64,000 nt of DNA from Opitutaceae bacterium (GTDB lineage Bacteria > Verrucomicrobiota > Verrucomicrobiia > Opitutales > Coraliomargaritaceae): the NCBI GenBank assembly GCA_051252375.1, contig JBPOFY010000005.1, positions 96,001 through 160,000 on the forward strand. Direction: 5' to 3'. Below, one piece after another: positions 63,250 through 64,000 of the stretch (its first letter is position 1; each line of letters opens with the position of its first letter). Below the pieces are notes generated by a model. The model was not told the DNA's origin, did no database searches, and was given only the letters and a program-made list of their open reading frames with translations. The position numbers and the translations under genes were made by a program.

Positions 63250-64000
63250 ATGGAATTTTCTGATATCATCGAAGTGCTTTTTCTGCGTAATTATAATACG
63301 CGCTTGGTGGTCATCTGCACGATGCTCTTAGGTTCGGCATGTGGCCTGATGGGGGGCTTTTTACTGCTGCGTAAGCGCTCGTTGATGGGCGATACATTAT
63401 CTCATGCTACACTGCCCGGTGTCTGCATTGCATTCATGGTCGGCGTGTTGCTGGGTGGCACGGGAAAGTCACTGCCATTCTTGCTTCTAGGTGCGACAGT
63501 TACAGGTGTTTTAGGTTGTGCAGCGGTTTTGTTTATTCGCAATCAATCACGTATCAAAGACGACGCGGCGATGGGCATTGTGTTGTCGGTCTTTTTTGGA
63601 GCTGGGGTGGCTTTATTGACTATGGTGACGAAGATGCCGGACGGCGCGGCCGCGGGATTGGAATCATTTATTTACGGTAAGACCGCGTCGATGGTGTTGA
63701 GTGATTTTTGGCTGCTCACAGTTGTGACCATCTGCGTCTTGGTGCTTTCGATCTTTTTATTTAAGGAATTCCGTCTGCTTTGTTTTGATGAGGCGTATGC
63801 TTTGGCGCAGGGCTGGCCGGTGAAGTTTTTGGATGTTCTACTCTTGGGTCTAGTGACCGCCGTGACCGTGGCTGGGTTGCAAGCGGTGGGCTTGATTCTG
63901 ATCATCGCTTTTTTAATTACGCCAGCTGCTGCGGCTCGTTTTTGGACGGATCGACTGGATCAAATGCTCCTATTGTCTGCGGTTATTGGTGGGATCAGTG
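63250..64000 (+). CDS. Metal ABC transporter permease (TroC type), runs off the window end
   Basis: Hand translation from ATG 63250: MEFSDIIEVLFLRNYNTRLVV...LLRKRSLMGDTLSHATLPG. Confidence 0.9.
   Translation, partial: MEFSDIIEVLFLRNYNTRLVVICTMLLGSACGLMGGFLLLRKRSLMGDTLSHATLPGVCIAFMVGVLLGGTGKSLPFLLLGATVTGVLGCAAVLFIRNQSRIKDDAAMGIVLSVFFGAGVALLTMVTKMPDGAAAGLESFIYGKTASMVLSDFWLLTVVTICVLVLSIFLFKEFRLLCFDEAYALAQGWPVKFLDVLLLGLVTAVTVAGLQAVGLILIIAFLITPAAAARFWTDRLDQMLLLSAVIGGIS

Overview
A 64 kb stretch of bacterial chromosome, mostly housekeeping genes. Its gene content (PEP-CTERM protein, H-X9-DG-like protein, prepilin-type protein, GxxExxY protein) suggests Verrucomicrobiota, probably Opitutia/Puniceicoccales-like; this is inference only. 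Core genes: cysD/cysN, nadA, hrpA, rpmB, tsaD, class I fumarase, fmt, moaC-mobA-moaD, xseB-dxs, split pta, murJ, gap-pgk-tpiA, menB, class I DAHP synthase, pyrB-pyrC and a TroABC-type metal ABC transporter. Three accessory layers stand out. (1) A four-cassette integron array (about 36.5-38.7 kb) has three intact attC sites, one degenerate terminal attC and an attI-like site, but no integrase in the window. (2) A REP-associated tyrosine transposase (RAYT) sits among nine copies of its own REP, and at least three further dispersed REP families are present. (3) A set of inverted-repeat elements has arms built from short tandem units (periods 6, 7, 9, 10 and 15 nt). One encloses a GxxExxY PD-(D/E)XK nuclease gene inside the metal-transport operon, several are empty, and one sits in frame inside hrpA. 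I saw no rRNA, tRNA or CRISPR array. Product calls come from motif recognition; no database searches were run.
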